DNA of 38,537 nucleotides from Pseudomonadota bacterium (GTDB lineage Bacteria; UBA10199; 2-02-FULL-44-16; JAAZCA01): NCBI GenBank assembly GCA_043798915.1, contig JAZDOG010000057.1, positions 1 to 38,537 of the forward strand, read 5' to 3'. Shown piece by piece: positions 35,886 to 38,537 of this stretch (position 1 is its first letter; each line of letters starts with the position of its first letter). The notes under the pieces were generated by a model. It saw only the letters and a program-made list of their open reading frames with translations, ran no database searches and was not told where the DNA came from. The position numbers and the translations under genes were made by a program.

Positions 35886-38537
35886 ATGGCAGCAGGTGGT
35901 GAGATAAAGAAGCTGGGCTGCAATCCTGGCTATACACCGGCCAGCGGCGGCAGTTGCGGGAATCCAGCGGCCTCGGATGTGGCGTGCCAGGGCCAGACTG
36001 GGGGCAGCGACTATTCAAAGGCCGGCGCCGGCAATTCTGCCGGCATGGCTGTCTGGCAGGGGCCCGGGGTGTTCGACCCGGATTCTGTCTGCTCTGAAGA
36101 GGCGAGGAGGCGAGCGGAGCGTCAATTCTGGCGTGCCGAGACAGCCCATGAAATTGCGGAGCGGTTCCTCTGGGCCACGACATCGCACAGCGATCATCGG
36201 TTTGGCACGGACGAGGAGACGGTCTATTTGCTCTGCAAGCTGATCAATGACGGGGATTTGCTCGAGGAGACAAACGGCTTCATCCTGTGCGCGCTCCGCA
36301 AGGAGGGCAGGGAAAAGATCGCCGCCGCGGCAGAGGAGAAGGGGGCAGTCGAGGCGATTCTCGAGGACAAGATGAGCGGCCTCGAACTCACCTGGGCGAG
36401 AAGCCTCCTCACGACAGGCGAGATGAAGGACGACGCGAGCGGCGCGGCGCACGCATGGCAGGGCGCATCTTCGCTTCTCTTCGACTGGAGCAGCCCCGAG
36501 AAATTCATATTTGCATGGGCAGTCGGCGGTCTCGCCCGAATATCGCCGGTGGCAGGGCTTTCGGTTCTTGGATTCGGGGTGGGTTACACGGCCGGGCAGA
36601 TGGCGAACGAAGCCGAGATATACTTTTCAAGCGATCCCAAAGTCACACATGATCGGAGAGAGGCGGCATATAAGCGCCTGTGCGGCCATGGCGGTGAGAT
36701 GGCGGCGCTTCTGGCGACGTTTGGCGCGCTGAAGGCGCTTTCAAGGGGCGCGCTGAAGGCTGATGAGCTTTGGAAGCTCAAGGCCATTCGCGGCGCTTCG
36801 ACCGGCGAAGTGATCTATGGGTCGAAGGGGGCGGCGGAATATCCGGCGGCAAACCCCGCATCCGGTTCCTCGCCCGCGCCGCGCTCGTTTCCAGTATCGA
36901 AGCCGGCACCGATGTCGTGCAGCGCGGATGATTCCGGCCTCATGCTCAGAACCGGGGCACGGGCCATGACGGTGATGATCGAGGCGGATAAGGTTGCAGT
37001 CAATACACCTAAGGCGCAGGTGGTCCCAGATACATCTCCTGCCAGTGGCCGGCCGATCGGTTTTTCATTTGCGCGGCCTGACCCTGCCTCGTGTCCCTCC
37101 GGCACCCCTGTGCTGCCGGTCATGGTGCCGCCGGTTCAGAAGGGCGGCGAGCGTGCAGACCTCCCGGGTGTTCCCGGTGCGGCGAAGATGGTTCTTGCTG
37201 GCATGGACGGCCAGGTTCCCATCGGTGATCCGATTCAGGGTCTGGTCCCATACGGCGACCCCGAATCCTATCCGGACGGACAGGCTGCATCTGAAAGATT
37301 CCGGGAAATCCTGGGCGAAGACGGGATCAAGGAGCTTACGGAGGGCAGGAGCGTCATCCGTTCTGTGAAGGAGGACGACGGCACCGATATCCGTCTGACC
37401 TTCGTCCCCGTGAAGGACGCGAACGGTAAAGTGACCGGATTTGAAGTGAAGGCAGAGGGCGCGGGCCGGCTCGTTGCAGCCGGCGATGTGGAGGCCGTCC
37501 TCTCGGTCGGCGACGTTGAGGATATCGAGGAGATCAAATCCGGGCCTGAGGGGCTTCTGAATCGAATCGAAGAGGAGTTGGACAGGCTGTGGACTCGTTG
37601 CGACAAACTCACCGACAAATTGCCGGACGAAGTTCTGGCCGAATATTTAAGCGAACTTAAAACGCTAGGCCGCCGCGCCATGTTCTGGCAGTCGGAGCTT
37701 GAAAGACTCGGTAAACTCGGCGCTGTCCGTGACCGACATCGGGAGGACATCCGGATCGGCGAGAGCCTGTTGCTCGACCGCGTTTTGCGCTTTGCCGCGA
37801 CGGTCTTTGCCGAGCCTATCGACGAGACGAATCCGGCGCAGGCGGGCCTCAGGTCGCGTCTGAAAATCAAGCCGAAGACGAGGCTTGGACTGCCAGCGCC
37901 AGCCGACGTGAACATTCTTCCAGCACTAGTCAACCGGGACATCGGCTTCGGTTCTGAATTATCGCTCAGGCTGCATCAGGAAGAGGGCCTTCACAGGGTG
38001 CAGGGCTGGCTGCGTTCGCAGATGGAAAAGCTCGAGCCCGGCGAACCCATATCTCCGGAATTTCTCCAGGCTACGGTCGTCATGCCTGTCGGTGGCGGGA
38101 AGACCCGCCTCATGGTTGCGTCGTTCGCCGCGGCGATCGACATGGGCGTGTTTCACGATGGCGACAAGCTGATCCTCATCAACCACACCGACCAGATACA
38201 CGGGCAGAATCTCAAGGTGCTGAATCTCCTCGGTCCGTATTTCCGCGGCAAGTTCGGCCGGGAGCTCAGGATTTCTGAGTACAAGGCCGAGAGCCGCGAC
38301 GCGAGCGGTGACGTGGTGGTCGTGAGCGTCCCGTCGGTCAACAACGAGGAGCGCCGGGCCGTGTTTGGCAGGGAGCTGAAACGCGCGCTTGGCGAGGCCG
38401 GGCGCGTTGCGATGGTGGCAGTCGATGAGGTGCATCATCTTGAACTCGGGCGTGGGCATGGAAAGGAAAGCTGGACAAAGCTCCTGGAGTCGCTGCGCGA
38501 TGCGTCGCCCAATTTCTTCAGGATCGGCTTCACGGCG
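35886..38537 (+). CDS. Large protein (>884 aa, 3' truncated): annexin-like motif + hydrophobic segment + Pro-rich linker + SF2 DExH helicase
   Basis: Manual translation is open from ATG 35886 to the window end; LRLHQEEG (Q motif), MPVGGGKT (38082), VDEVHH (38421), GFTA (motif III). Confidence 0.85.
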   Translation, partial: MAAGGEIKKLGCNPGYTPASGGSCGNPAASDVACQGQTGGSDYSKAGAGNSAGMAVWQGPGVFDPDSVCSEEARRRAERQFWRAETAHEIAERFLWATTSHSDHRFGTDEETVYLLCKLINDGDLLEETNGFILCALRKEGREKIAAAAEEKGAVEAILEDKMSGLELTWARSLLTTGEMKDDASGAAHAWQGASSLLFDWSSPEKFIFAWAVGGLARISPVAGLSVLGFGVGYTAGQMANEAEIYFSSDPKVTHDRREAAYKRLCGHGGEMAALLATFGALKALSRGALKADELWKLKAIRGASTGEVIYGSKGAAEYPAANPASGSSPAPRSFPVSKPAPMSCSADDSGLMLRTGARAMTVMIEADKVAVNTPKAQVVPDTSPASGRPIGFSFARPDPASCPSGTPVLPVMVPPVQKGGERADLPGVPGAAKMVLAGMDGQVPIGDPIQGLVPYGDPESYPDGQAASERFREILGEDGIKELTEGRSVIRSVKEDDGTDIRLTFVPVKDANGKVTGFEVKAEGAGRLVAAGDVEAVLSVGDVEDIEEIKSGPEGLLNRIEEELDRLWTRCDKLTDKLPDEVLAEYLSELKTLGRRAMFWQSELERLGKLGAVRDRHREDIRIGESLLLDRVLRFAATVFAEPIDETNPAQAGLRSRLKIKPKTRLGLPAPADVNILPALVNRDIGFGSELSLRLHQEEGLHRVQGWLRSQMEKLEPGEPISPEFLQATVVMPVGGGKTRLMVASFAAAIDMGVFHDGDKLILINHTDQIHGQNLKVLNLLGPYFRGKFGRELRISEYKAESRDASGDVVVVSVPSVNNEERRAVFGRELKRALGEAGRVAMVAVDEVHHLELGRGHGKESWTKLLESLRDASPNFFRIGFTA

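Noticed and set aside
1..38537. Genome-wide TAG reassignment
   Set aside because: rpmE, ALDH, degQ and others end at TAG at the expected length, and RF1 is intact.

Overview
GC-rich bacterial chromosomal window. Gene content and order (rpmE-prfA-prmC...murA, bamD/TPR, DUF1844-degQ, comM-pilin, a TSP3-repeat lipoprotein) suggest a deltaproteobacterial-type lineage; this is inferred, not established. Housekeeping genes include nth, lexA, rpmE, prfA, prmC, murA, HIT, ALDH, fumC, bamD, degQ, corA, terC, carbonic anhydrases and comM. Accessory parts are: two tandem EF-hand/transglutaminase-like/TPR paralogs; an AT-richer AKR-DctP-histidine kinase island between prmC and murA; a frameshifted IS carrying a divergent accessory gene; and a long ORF missing from the ORF track (35886 to the window end) combining an annexin-like motif, a hydrophobic segment and an SF2 helicase. 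The strongest unexplained signals are: (i) an identically spaced sigma28-like promoter, TCACGCAAC-N12-CTGCCGATAATA, upstream of both the TPR paralogs and the annexin-helicase gene, suggesting an effector-like regulon; (ii) a palindromic DNA repeat inserted in frame inside prmC; (iii) a lone, catalytically degenerate HisA where a his operon usually lies; (iv) an in-frame TAG near the end of an APC permease; and (v) a LexA box plus a structured lexA leader. All protein calls come from motif recognition by eye; no database search was run.
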